The position numbers and the translations under genes are program-made. Positions 18,125 through 30,709 of a stretch of 64,000 nt of DNA are shown in pieces. Positions within the stretch are counted from its first letter, which is position 1. Each line of letters opens with the position of its first letter. Source of the DNA: Polyangiaceae bacterium (GTDB lineage Bacteria; Myxococcota_A; Polyangia; Polyangiales; Polyangiaceae); NCBI GenBank assembly GCA_035063585.1, contig JAPSGB010000003.1, positions 96,001 to 160,000 on the forward strand, written 5' to 3'. Under the pieces are notes generated by a model. That model was not told the origin of the DNA. It did not search any database and saw nothing but the letters and a program-made list of their open reading frames with translations.

Positions 18125-19108
18125 ATGCGCGGGCTCGTGAGCCTCGCGCTCGGTTCGGTCCTCGTCGTGGTTGCCTGCGACGAGGACCGCCGCCGGGCGC
18201 CGCCCGCGGCCCCGGCGACGGCGGCGAGCGCCGTCGCGAGCGCGCCCGCGGCCCCGGCGACGGAGGCGAGCGCGCCGGACGCGAAGCTCGTCGCGGCCGA
18301 GACGCTCACCTGGCACTACGCGAGCACGCCGGCCGGGCCCATCGACGTGGTGGTGGCGGTGCCTGCTCACACGAGCGGTGAGAAGCTGCCGGTCGTCATC
18401 GCGCTGCACGGCCGCGGCGAGGCGTTCAAGGGGCCCGCGCGGGGCGCGCGCGGGTGGCTCGACGACTACGGCCTGCTCGCCGCCGAGCGGCGGCTCCGAG
18501 CTCCGCCGCTCACGCGCGCCGGGCTGGAAGGCATGGCCGACGATGCGCGGCTCGCACGCATGAACGAGAGCCTCTCGCGGCGACCCTTCCGCGGCGTCAT
18601 CGTGGTGTGCCCGTACACCCCGGACGTGCTCGCGGACGGTCGCCCGTTCTCGGCGGTCGCGCCCTTCACCGAGTTCGTGAAGGAGACGCTCCTGCCGCGC
18701 GTGCGCCGCGACGCGCCCGCGCTCGCCGAGCCGGCCGCGACCGGCATCGATGGCGTGAGCCTCGGCGGGAGGGTGGCGCTGCTCACCGGGCTCGCGCTGC
18801 CGGAGCTGTTCGGCGTGGTCGCCTCCGAGCAGGCCGCCTTCGACTCCGCGGACGCGCCCGAGCTCGCACGCCTCGCGGTCGAGGCGCGTCGCCGGCGCCC
18901 GAGCCTGAAGCTCCGTCTGCTCACCAGCGACCGCGACTACTTCCTCCGCCCGAACCGCGCCATCTCTCGCGCGCTGACCGACGCGGGCGTGCCGCACGAG
19001 TTCGTCGAGATCCCGGGGACCCACAGCTATGAGTTCAACCGTGGGCCGGGCGCGGTGGAGCTCCTACTCTTCCACGACCGCGCACTGCGCGGCGAGCCGC
19101 CGCTCTGA
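18125..19108 (+). CDS. Putative esterase (alpha/beta hydrolase) lipoprotein
   Basis: Lipobox VVVAC; ALHGRGE; GVSLGG nucleophile; PGTHSY His motif. Confidence 0.8.
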   Translation: MRGLVSLALGSVLVVVACDEDRRRAPPAAPATAASAVASAPAAPATEASAPDAKLVAAETLTWHYASTPAGPIDVVVAVPAHTSGEKLPVVIALHGRGEAFKGPARGARGWLDDYGLLAAERRLRAPPLTRAGLEGMADDARLARMNESLSRRPFRGVIVVCPYTPDVLADGRPFSAVAPFTEFVKETLLPRVRRDAPALAEPAATGIDGVSLGGRVALLTGLALPELFGVVASEQAAFDSADAPELARLAVEARRRRPSLKLRLLTSDRDYFLRPNRAISRALTDAGVPHEFVEIPGTHSYEFNRGPGAVELLLFHDRALRGEPPL

Positions 19109-19155
19109 GCGGCGCCAGGGGTAGTTCTTCGCGCGGGGCGGACCTCGCGCGAGCG

Positions 19156-19509
19156 CTACTCGTACCCGCTCGCGGACAGGAGCTCGACGAGGGCGCGGAG
19201 CGCGGGGCCGCTGGCCGGTTCGAACTCGAGCCCCATCCGCGCCAGGTCGTCGCGGACGGGCGGGCGGCTCCAGGCGACGCGCGCCAAGAGCGCCAGTGGA
19301 TCCCAGAGGTTAGGTGACCGGACCTCGAGCCGGACGACGACGCCTCGGCCGAGGACCTGGTCCGGGCCGGTGAGCTCGACGCAGGCTCCGCCGAGGCCGA
19401 GATCGACCAGGCGCAGCTCCTGGCGCGAGCCGGTTTCCAGGGCGGTGAGCGTCGCCGGGAGCCGGAGCCGGTGGCGAGCGAGCGCGCGGAAGTGGTCGCG
19501 GGCCGCCAT
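19156..19509 (-). CDS. Stand-alone PilZ domain protein
   Basis: RALAR (RxxxR), DLGLGGAC, ARVAWS, MGLEF. Start at ATG 19509. Confidence 0.82.
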   Translation of the reverse strand: MAARDHFRALARHRLRLPATLTALETGSRQELRLVDLGLGGACVELTGPDQVLGRGVVVRLEVRSPNLWDPLALLARVAWSRPPVRDDLARMGLEFEPASGPALRALVELLSASGYE

Positions 19510-19681
19510 CGGGCGCGATGTTAGCACGCGCCTACCCGCCGTCGCCCGGCGCTCCACGCTTGCGGGGCGAGCCGGGTTCGGCTTCCATGGCGCGGTCGAA
19601 CAACTTGGGGAGGTGCGCGCCCCTCCGCTAGGATGGGCCGCTCCGCCGTCTCCAAGCTGCGTCGAGTCCGGAAGGCGAAAA

Positions 19682-21184
<1,503 letters not shown>

Positions 21185-21252
21185 GCGACCACAAGTCGTC
21201 GTAGTAGCAGGCATTTTCTGGCGGGCGGCGCCCCCGCGCCGGCACGGCTAGA

Positions 21253-23262
<2,010 letters not shown>

Positions 23263-23503
23263 AGACGGCGCGAGTCTCGCGACGAGCCGGAGGATGGGTC
23301 GGTCCGGCGCGGTACCGCGCGCCGCGCCAGGGCGGCCGCGGGCGTACAAAACGACGCGCGGGGCGCGCGTGGCGCCCCGCGATCGGGCTCTGCCTTCGCC
23401 GCGCGGCGCGCTCCACGAGGAGAGCGCGCCGCGCGAGCTCGTCCGCGGCGGGCACCCGGCACGGGGCTCGCCGCGGACGGTCGGGCTTCACCTCATCGCG
23501 CGC

Positions 23504-25450
23504 TCAGCGCTTCTCCGCGAGGACCAGGTTGATGAGCTTCCTGAACGCGGAGTCCGGCTGCGCGCCGCTCAAGTAGTAGTCACCAATCACGAACGCCGGC
23601 GTGCCGCTGATGCCGGCCTTGGTGCCTGCCTCGTTGTCAGCGTCGATTTGGGCCTTGTGCGTCGAGCCGTCGAGGGCCGCCTTGAACTTGGTCATGTCGA
23701 GGCCCTGCTCCTGGGCGATCCGCTCGAGGTCCGGCCGCTTGATGTTCGGCTGAGACTCGAAGAGCGCGGCGTGGAACTTCCAGAAGCCGTCGTTGCCCTT
23801 CTGCGCGAAGGCTTCCATCGCGGCCTCCGCCGCGAGCGGCGCGTCCGCGTGGAACGAGAGCGGCATGTTACGCCACACGACGCGCACCTTGCCGCCGTAT
23901 TCCTTCTCGAGTTGCGTGAGCGTGGGCTCGACGCGCTTGCAGAAGGGGCACTGGAAGTCGGACCACATCTGGATGACGACCTTGGCGTTCGCCGGACCCT
24001 TCGAGGGGTTCTTGGCGGTGGGCGCCGGCACGGTCTTCTTCTCGGGCGGGGGCGGGCCCTTCGCCTCGGCCATGATGGTCTCGTAGACCTTTGCGCGCGG
24101 GGTACCGGCGGCCACCATCGCCTTGGCCTTGGCGAGCTGGGCGTCGATGACCTCCTTGAACTTCTCGAACGGCTGCGCGCCGGTGACGCGATAGCCGTTG
24201 ATGAAGAAGTGCGGCGTGCCCCGCGCGTTGAGATCCGCGCCCTGGGCCATGGTCGCCTGGAAGAAGGAGTCGTACTTGTTGCTGTCGATGTTCGCCTTCA
24301 CGGTCGTCCAGTCGAGGCCGAGCTGCTGGGCGATCGTCTTGAGGTCGTCGTCCTCGAGCTTCGGCTGGCTGTCGAAGAGCGCCTTGTGGGCCTTCCAGAA
24401 GGCGTCCACGCCCTTCGTCTTGTAGGCCGTCCAGGCGAGCTCCGCCGCGGGCTTGGCGCGCGGGTGGAAGGGGAGCGGGCTATCCTTCCAGACGATGCGG
24501 ACGTCGTCCTTGTAGGTCTCGCGGACCTTCTCGATCGTCTCCTCGACGCGCTTGCAGAAGGGGCACTGGAAGTCCGAGTACTCGATGATGGTGACGAGCG
24601 CGTCGTTCTTGCCGAGGATGGGATCATCCTTGAAGATCTCTGCCTTCCAGATGGTCTTGTCCTCCTCCGGCGGCTTGTTGTCCGCGGCCGGGGCGGCCGG
24701 CTTCTCGGGCGGAGCCGCGAAGTTCTTCTTCGTCATTTCGACGTAGATGTCCTCGGCCTTGGTCCCCGCGGCGAGCGCCTTCTTGGCCTCGGCGAGCTGC
24801 TCGTCGATCACCTTCTTGAAGTTCTCGAAGGGCTGCGCGCCGCTCACCTCGACGCCGTTGATGCGGAAGTTCGGCGTGCCGCTCGCGCCGATCTTGCTCG
24901 AGAACGCGAGGTCCGCGTCGACCTTCGCCGCGTACTTCTTGGCGCCGTAGTCGGCCTTGAACTTCGCCACGTCGACGCCGGCCTGCCCGGCCCACTTCGC
25001 GTAGTTGTCGTCGCCGAGCGCGCCCTGGTTCTCGAAGGCGAGGTCGTGGAACTTCCAGAAGGCGTCGTTGCCGCCGAGCTGGAAGACCGTCTCGGCAGCC
25101 TCGGCCGCCGGGCGCGCCTGCTTGTGGAAGGGCAGCGGGTTGTTCTTCCAGACGAAGCGGACCTGCTTGGGTCCGTAGGTCTTCTGGATCTGCTCGGTGG
25201 TCGGCCCGACGCGCTTGCAGAACGGGCACTCGAAATCGCTGATCTCGACGATGGTGACCGGCGCGGTGGGGTCGCCCCACTGCGGATCCTTGGCGGTCAC
25301 CGGGATCGGTGACGCGCTCTGGTCGAGTCCCGCGGCGGCGCCCGACTCGGCGGTGATGGCGTTCCCTTGGCTCCTGTCCACGCCCCACATGAGGCCCATG
25401 CCTGCAAGGAAGCAGAGGAAGAAGCCGACGATGGCTGTTCCCTTGTTCAT
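23504..25450 (-). CDS. DsbA-family oxidoreductase with three tandem thioredoxin-fold domains
   Basis: N-terminal TM; three SDF(E/Q)CPFC motifs, each followed by PL(P/S)FH and a cis-Pro GTP motif. Confidence 0.93.
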   Translation of the reverse strand: MNKGTAIVGFFLCFLAGMGLMWGVDRSQGNAITAESGAAAGLDQSASPIPVTAKDPQWGDPTAPVTIVEISDFECPFCKRVGPTTEQIQKTYGPKQVRFVWKNNPLPFHKQARPAAEAAETVFQLGGNDAFWKFHDLAFENQGALGDDNYAKWAGQAGVDVAKFKADYGAKKYAAKVDADLAFSSKIGASGTPNFRINGVEVSGAQPFENFKKVIDEQLAEAKKALAAGTKAEDIYVEMTKKNFAAPPEKPAAPAADNKPPEEDKTIWKAEIFKDDPILGKNDALVTIIEYSDFQCPFCKRVEETIEKVRETYKDDVRIVWKDSPLPFHPRAKPAAELAWTAYKTKGVDAFWKAHKALFDSQPKLEDDDLKTIAQQLGLDWTTVKANIDSNKYDSFFQATMAQGADLNARGTPHFFINGYRVTGAQPFEKFKEVIDAQLAKAKAMVAAGTPRAKVYETIMAEAKGPPPPEKKTVPAPTAKNPSKGPANAKVVIQMWSDFQCPFCKRVEPTLTQLEKEYGGKVRVVWRNMPLSFHADAPLAAEAAMEAFAQKGNDGFWKFHAALFESQPNIKRPDLERIAQEQGLDMTKFKAALDGSTHKAQIDADNEAGTKAGISGTPAFVIGDYYLSGAQPDSAFRKLINLVLAEKR

Positions 25451-25551
25451 TTGATGACTCCGATACTCCTGTACGAAAAACTACGAGACTAGCGGCGAGC
25501 CTGTCGCCCGCGGCGTCGAGACGACACGGGTGAGCCCGCCCAAGGTTCTGG

Positions 25552-25606
25552 CGGAGGAGGCAGAGCGCCGCGGTACCGCACCGCGCGCTCTGCGGCAAAC
25601 CCTCCG
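25552..25606 (-). promoter_or_regulatory. Long GC-rich stem-loop between the leader ORF and the DsbA gene (possible attenuator)
   Basis: GCAGAGCGC (25560-25568) pairs with GCGCTCTGC (25585-25593); inner GCGGT/ACCGC; outer CGGAGG/CCTCCG. Confidence 0.5.
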
Positions 25607-25622
25607 GTGAGGTGCCGAGCGT

Positions 25623-26039
25623 TCAGGCGTCGCGGGGCGGTCGAAACACCGAGGTGCGATGACCTGGCCGCTCGGGCCCGGCCTCGAAGGGTCGCATGGC
25701 GAGGCGAGTCGATCTCGGGCAGGCGAGCCCGCGGGTCCCCCAGGGGAGGATCCGATCCGGAGCCCAGGCCGGCGCCGTCAGCGGCGGGTGCTCGACCGGC
25801 GGAGTCGTCAGCGTGACGTCGTGTGCCGCGCCGTCCACGCAGCGACTCGCGCGGCTCGGATCGATGGGCCGTACCGGCGGCGGGGCCGCGACGCTGATCG
25901 CCTGTTCGCCGCACATCGGGGCCGCCGCGCTGGCGCGCCCGCTGATGAGCACGATCGCCACGGCGCACAGCAGGGCCGCGGCGCGCGCCAGCGACGGCGC
26001 GGTCCCCACGAGGGGCCATGATGCTGCAACGAGCCTCAT
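25623..26039 (-). CDS. Small secreted Cys-containing protein ending in FRPPR; candidate leader/arrest peptide
   Basis: Signal-like LLCAVAIVLISGRASA|AAPMC, Pro-rich body, C-terminus HRTSVFRPPRDA; co-oriented upstream of the DsbA gene. Confidence 0.55.
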   Translation of the reverse strand: MRLVAASWPLVGTAPSLARAAALLCAVAIVLISGRASAAAPMCGEQAISVAAPPPVRPIDPSRASRCVDGAAHDVTLTTPPVEHPPLTAPAWAPDRILPWGTRGLACPRSTRLAMRPFEAGPERPGHRTSVFRPPRDA

Positions 26040-26212
26040 TCGAACGCGCTCGACACTCTAGTTCACCGCTCGGGAATGTCGATCTCGCCGGCCGTAGGGC
26101 CACGCTCGAGCTCGGCAAGAGTCGAACCGGGTCGTTGCCCTCGGCATTCCAGGGTCAGCAAAAAGCGCGTTCATTTCTTGGCCACATTGTCCTACATTGG
26201 CACCATCGACCC

Positions 26213-28993
26213 ATGCCCGGCCCGAGCTCGCAGCGTAACACATCGAAATCTAATGATATTTCAGCCGCCAAGGACGGGTCGTCGGAGGCTGCTCCTCGGC
26301 GCCTTGGCCGGCTGACCCTCCTGAAGCAGGTGGCGCGGGGCGGCATGGGCGAGGTGTTTCTCGCGTCGAGCGGCGGCATCGAGGGGGCGGAGCGGCCGTG
26401 CGTCGTGAAGCTCATCCGTAGCGAGCACGCGGGCGACCGCTCCTTCCTCGCCCGCTTCCTCGACGAGGCGCGCATCCAGGCGCAGCTCCAGCACCCGGGC
26501 GTCGCGCAGATCCTGGACGCTGCGAGCGATGAGCAGGGCGCTCCCTACGTCGTGGTCGAGTACGTCGAGGGACGAAACCTGAGCGACGTCCATCATCGCG
26601 CGCAGAAGCTCGGGGTTCGCCTCGCGTGGCCCGACGCGGTCGCGCTCGGCATCGTGCTCGGCGAGGCGCTCGCTCACGTGCACGAGCGTGTCGACCCGAG
26701 CGGGAAGCCGCTCGCCATCGTGCACCGCGATCTCAGCCCCCAGAACGTCATGATCGGCTACGGCGGCGACCTCAAGCTCATCGACTTCGGGACGGCTCGC
26801 GCCGAGAACCGCCGCTGCCACACGGTCGCCGGCATCGTCTTCGCGAAGCCCGGCTACGTCGCGCCCGAGGTCGCCAACAACCACCCGGGTGGGGTCCCGG
26901 CCGATCTCTACGCCTTCGGGATCATGCTCTGGGAGCTGGTCGCTGGCCGCCGCTTCCTCGCCGGCGACGCCACCGAGCACCTGGCAGCGGTCGCCGCGGG
27001 CACGCGCTCGCCGAGCCCGCTCGCGCAGCTGGTCGACGCGCCTCGTGAGCTCGACCGCGTCATCGCGCGCCTGACCGCTCCCCGCATCGAGGACCGCTGC
27101 GCCTCCGCGGCGGAGGCCGTGCAGGAGCTCCTCCGGCTGCTCAAGGTGGCGCCGAGTCTCGCGAACGGTGAGCGCGGCGTGCGGACGCGCATCGCCCACC
27201 TCATGCAGACGCTCTACCCGGCCGAGCCCGCGCGCTCGCGCGCGGAGTTCGCGAGGCTGGTCGCGGCGGCGCGCTGCAACCGCCAGCCCGAAGTCGCGGC
27301 GCCGCCGGTCTCACCGGCACCGTCGCCCGCGGAGCGCCCCGAGCCGGACCTCCTGCCCGGCACGCGCTACCGGCTGACCCGGGAGCTCGGTCGCGGTGGC
27401 ATGGGCGTGGTTTACGAGGCGTTCCACGTCGACCTCGGACGCACCGTGGCGCTGAAGGTGCTGCCGGCCGAGCACTCCGGCGCCGCTCACCAAGAGCGGC
27501 TGCGCGCCGAGGCGCGCGCCCTCTCGCGGCTCCGTCACGAGAACCTGGTGATGCTCCACGACTTCGGTGTCACCGCGGATGGACGTCCCTATTACGCAAT
27601 GGAGCGGTTGGAGGGTGAGACGCTCGCCGAGCGCCTCGAGCGAGAGCACGCGCTCGACTGGCGAGAGGCGGCGCGTCTCGGCATCCAGGCGTGCCGCGCG
27701 CTCGAGGCCGCGCACGCGGCGGGGCTCGTGCACCGCGATCTCAAGCCGGCGAACCTCTTCGTCACTCGCGCGGGTGAGCTCAAGCTGCTCGACTTCGGGG
27801 TCGCGCGGAGCGCTGACGATGGCGCCGAGCGTGAGCTCGGTGATGGCGCGCTCGCGTTCTACGGGACCCCCGAGTACTCCGCCCCCGAGCAGCTCTCCGG
27901 CGGTGAGCCCGACGCGCGCTCGGACCTCTACGCGCTCGGCGCGGTGCTCTATCAACTGGTGACCGGGCTCCTGCCGCATCAAGCGTCGAGCGCGGTCGCG
28001 CTGCTCGACCGCAAGCGCCGCGTCGATCCCGACTCGCCGCGCGGCCTCGCCCCCGGGCGGCGCATCCCGCGCTCGCTCGATCGCGCCATCCTGCACGCGC
28101 TCGAGCGCCTGCCGGGGCTCCGCTTCGACAGCGCCGCCGCCTTCCGCGAGGCGCTCGTGGCGGCTCTCCGCGAGCCCGAGGCGACGCGGCGTCGCCGCCG
28201 CCGGAGCGGGTTCGCGGCGGTCGGGCTCATCGCCGGGCTGCTCGCCGCCACCGCCGTGGTCGGCGCCGGTCGCCCCGAGGTGCGCGCGCGGGCGGCCGCC
28301 CTGGCCGCGCCGCTCGGCGCTCGGCTGCACGCGCTCCGCGGGGGCTCGGCGAGCGAGGCCCCGCCTGCGCCGGCCCCCGCCGCGCTCGTCGCGGAGGCGC
28401 CGGCCGCGCCGCCCGCGGAGCCGCCTCGCGCGGCGGAGCTCGCCGCGCCGAGCGACGCCGAGCCCACCGCCGCCGAGACCCTCGCGGTCGCGGACCCACC
28501 GCCGATGAGCGGAGCGCCCGTCGAGCCGGAGGCCGGCGAGACGAACGAGCTCGTCGAGGCTGGGGGTCGGGACGGCGCGGAACCGAGCGACGCGCCCGTC
28601 GCGCCCGTCGCGGCGACCGCGCCGGACGACGTCGCGAGCGCGCTCGCGGCCGCGCAGGCGCTCATGACGAGCGGTCGGAGGCTCAAGGGTTACGACGCGC
28701 TCCGCCGTCTCGGGAAGACGCACCGCAAGGAGCCGCGGGTCCTCGCCGCGTGGTCCCGCGCCGCGGCCGACATGAAGGCCTGGGGAGAGGCGGTCTCGGT
28801 GGCTCGGCGATGGGCCGCGATCGACTCCGGGGTCGAGGCACAGCTCCATCTGGCCACGCTCGAGCGAGCGGTCGGCCGCCGCGACCGGGCCATCGCGACC
28901 CTCACCGCGCTCGCCAAGGCTCACCCCGAGAGCGAGGAGGCGCGGTCGCGGCTCCGTGAGCTCGGGGGCGGCGCTCGCCTGGCGCAGAACTGA
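26213..28993 (+). CDS. Ser/Thr protein kinase with two tandem kinase domains, TM helix and C-terminal TPR-like region
   Basis: Domain 1: ARGGMGEVF, CVVK, HRDLSPQN, DFG, KPGYVAPE. Domain 2: GRGGMGVVY, VALK, HRDLKPAN, DFG, GTPEYSAPE. Start estimated at ATG 26213. Confidence 0.92.
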   Translation: MPGPSSQRNTSKSNDISAAKDGSSEAAPRRLGRLTLLKQVARGGMGEVFLASSGGIEGAERPCVVKLIRSEHAGDRSFLARFLDEARIQAQLQHPGVAQILDAASDEQGAPYVVVEYVEGRNLSDVHHRAQKLGVRLAWPDAVALGIVLGEALAHVHERVDPSGKPLAIVHRDLSPQNVMIGYGGDLKLIDFGTARAENRRCHTVAGIVFAKPGYVAPEVANNHPGGVPADLYAFGIMLWELVAGRRFLAGDATEHLAAVAAGTRSPSPLAQLVDAPRELDRVIARLTAPRIEDRCASAAEAVQELLRLLKVAPSLANGERGVRTRIAHLMQTLYPAEPARSRAEFARLVAAARCNRQPEVAAPPVSPAPSPAERPEPDLLPGTRYRLTRELGRGGMGVVYEAFHVDLGRTVALKVLPAEHSGAAHQERLRAEARALSRLRHENLVMLHDFGVTADGRPYYAMERLEGETLAERLEREHALDWREAARLGIQACRALEAAHAAGLVHRDLKPANLFVTRAGELKLLDFGVARSADDGAERELGDGALAFYGTPEYSAPEQLSGGEPDARSDLYALGAVLYQLVTGLLPHQASSAVALLDRKRRVDPDSPRGLAPGRRIPRSLDRAILHALERLPGLRFDSAAAFREALVAALREPEATRRRRRRSGFAAVGLIAGLLAATAVVGAGRPEVRARAAALAAPLGARLHALRGGSASEAPPAPAPAALVAEAPAAPPAEPPRAAELAAPSDAEPTAAETLAVADPPPMSGAPVEPEAGETNELVEAGGRDGAEPSDAPVAPVAATAPDDVASALAAAQALMTSGRRLKGYDALRRLGKTHRKEPRVLAAWSRAAADMKAWGEAVSVARRWAAIDSGVEAQLHLATLERAVGRRDRAIATLTALAKAHPESEEARSRLRELGGGARLAQN

Positions 28994-29259
28994 CCCTGGG
29001 GCAAGGCCCTGCCCGAGTCGCGCGCCGCGAGCCGTAGCGACGCTCGGTTCAGTTCGGTCATAAATTTATACAATCATGATATTGCTCATTATTTTCCTGT
29101 TCCTGCGGCGCCGCAGCGGCCTCGGCTCGATCGCGCGCTTGCCGCCCGCCTCGGTCGCCACATAGAAGCGAGCACGTAGCCCGCCGCGGAGGGGGGCGAA
29201 TCGGGGGGAGCCGCTCGACGACCCATGATCCGCATCCCGCTCTACCCGACCCGTCGCCC

Positions 29260-30699
29260 ATGGCCGCGCTGAACCGCGTCCCCGGTGAGAACTTGGTGAC
29301 GACCGGCTCACCCTATCGGGTGGTGCTGCGGCTCGCCACGCCGACCGTCCTCGCGATGGTCACGCAGAGCGTGGTGAACCAAATCGACATCATCTTCTTC
29401 TCCCGGCTGCCTTGCCCCGAGTCGTCGAACGCCCAGGCGGCCCTGCTGCCATCCCTCATCCTGCTCTGGCTCTTCGGCGGTTCGCTGAGCGCGATCTCGG
29501 TCGGGACCCAGGCCATCGCTGCGCGTCGCTTCGCGGAGGACAAGCGCGTCGAGGCGGGCGCGGTGCTGGTGAACTCGTGGTTCTTCTCGCTGGTCGCTGG
29601 GGTCGCGTTCACCATCATCGGCTACCTGAGCCTCCCGGCGATCCTCGGCGTGCTCATCAAGGTGCCGGCGGTGCGCGAGGCCGCCACCGAGTACCTGCAC
29701 TGGCGTCTGCTCGGCATCGTCTCGATGGTGATGACGTTCTCGTTCAAGTCCTTCTTCGATGGGCTCGGCAAGACGCACGTTCACATGGTGAGCGCCATCG
29801 TGATGAACCTGCTCAACGTCGTGCTCTGCTTGGCGTTCATCTTCGGGAAATGGGGCGCGCCACGCATGGGAATCGCGGGCGCCGGTCTGGCCGGCTTCGC
29901 CTCGACCTGGGTCGGGCTGTTGGTCATGCTCGGCTGGGCGGCCCTGCCTCGCTACCGCCGCGACTATCGGCCGTTTTCGCTTCGCCGCCTGTCGGGCGCG
30001 ATCACCGGGGACATCCTCCGGCTCAGCGTCCCCAGCGCGGTCGCCACCATCGCGCTGATGAGTGGCTTCGCGCTGTTCAGCGCCATCGTCAGCCGGCTCG
30101 ACACCGTCACCCACGCCGCGCAGATCGCGACCGACTGCCCCGGGGGGGAGTCCCAGGCCATCAATGGCGCGGCGACCACGGTGATCGTCGGTATCCTGAT
30201 GCTCACCTTCACCGCGTGCCTCGCCTTCGGCACCTCCACGGCGACCCTGGTGAGCCAGTCGCTCGGTGAGGGAGATGGCGACAAGGCCGCGCGCTTCGGC
30301 TGGGTGTCGGTGCGGCTCGGGGTCGTCCTCTTCGGGGTCGTCGGGCTCCTCGAAGGGGTGTTCTTCCCGCATCAGATCTTGGGGTTCTGGTCGCACAGCC
30401 CCGCGGTGGTCGAGGCGGCGGTCATCCCGATGCGGATGATGGGGATCGCGACACCCCTGGTCGCGATCGGGATGATCCTGACCCAGGCCTTGTTCGGCGC
30501 CGGTAACACGCGCTTCGTGATGATGGTGGAGCTCGTGCTCCACTTCACCTGTCTCGTCCCGCTCGCGTGGCTCTTCGGAATCGAGCTCGGGCTCGGGCTG
30601 GTCGGGATCTGGAGCGCCGCGCTCGTCTATGTGGTGGGGCTCAGCGCCGCGATGGCGTGGAAGTTCCACCGCGGGGACTGGAAATCGATCCACATCTGA
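29260..30699 (+). CDS. MATE family efflux transporter / flippase
   Basis: About 12 hydrophobic helices; RLATPTVL, FFDGLGKT, GAPRMGIAGAGLA, LVSQSLGEG, ALFGAGNT. Confidence 0.92.
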   Translation: MAALNRVPGENLVTTGSPYRVVLRLATPTVLAMVTQSVVNQIDIIFFSRLPCPESSNAQAALLPSLILLWLFGGSLSAISVGTQAIAARRFAEDKRVEAGAVLVNSWFFSLVAGVAFTIIGYLSLPAILGVLIKVPAVREAATEYLHWRLLGIVSMVMTFSFKSFFDGLGKTHVHMVSAIVMNLLNVVLCLAFIFGKWGAPRMGIAGAGLAGFASTWVGLLVMLGWAALPRYRRDYRPFSLRRLSGAITGDILRLSVPSAVATIALMSGFALFSAIVSRLDTVTHAAQIATDCPGGESQAINGAATTVIVGILMLTFTACLAFGTSTATLVSQSLGEGDGDKAARFGWVSVRLGVVLFGVVGLLEGVFFPHQILGFWSHSPAVVEAAVIPMRMMGIATPLVAIGMILTQALFGAGNTRFVMMVELVLHFTCLVPLAWLFGIELGLGLVGIWSAALVYVVGLSAAMAWKFHRGDWKSIHI

Positions 30700-30709
30700 G
30701 CGCCTCGCC

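Noticed and set aside
29058..29311. Short minus-strand ORFs 29058-29261 and 29066-29311
   Set aside because: No coding features; they span the MATE upstream region and AT-rich island.
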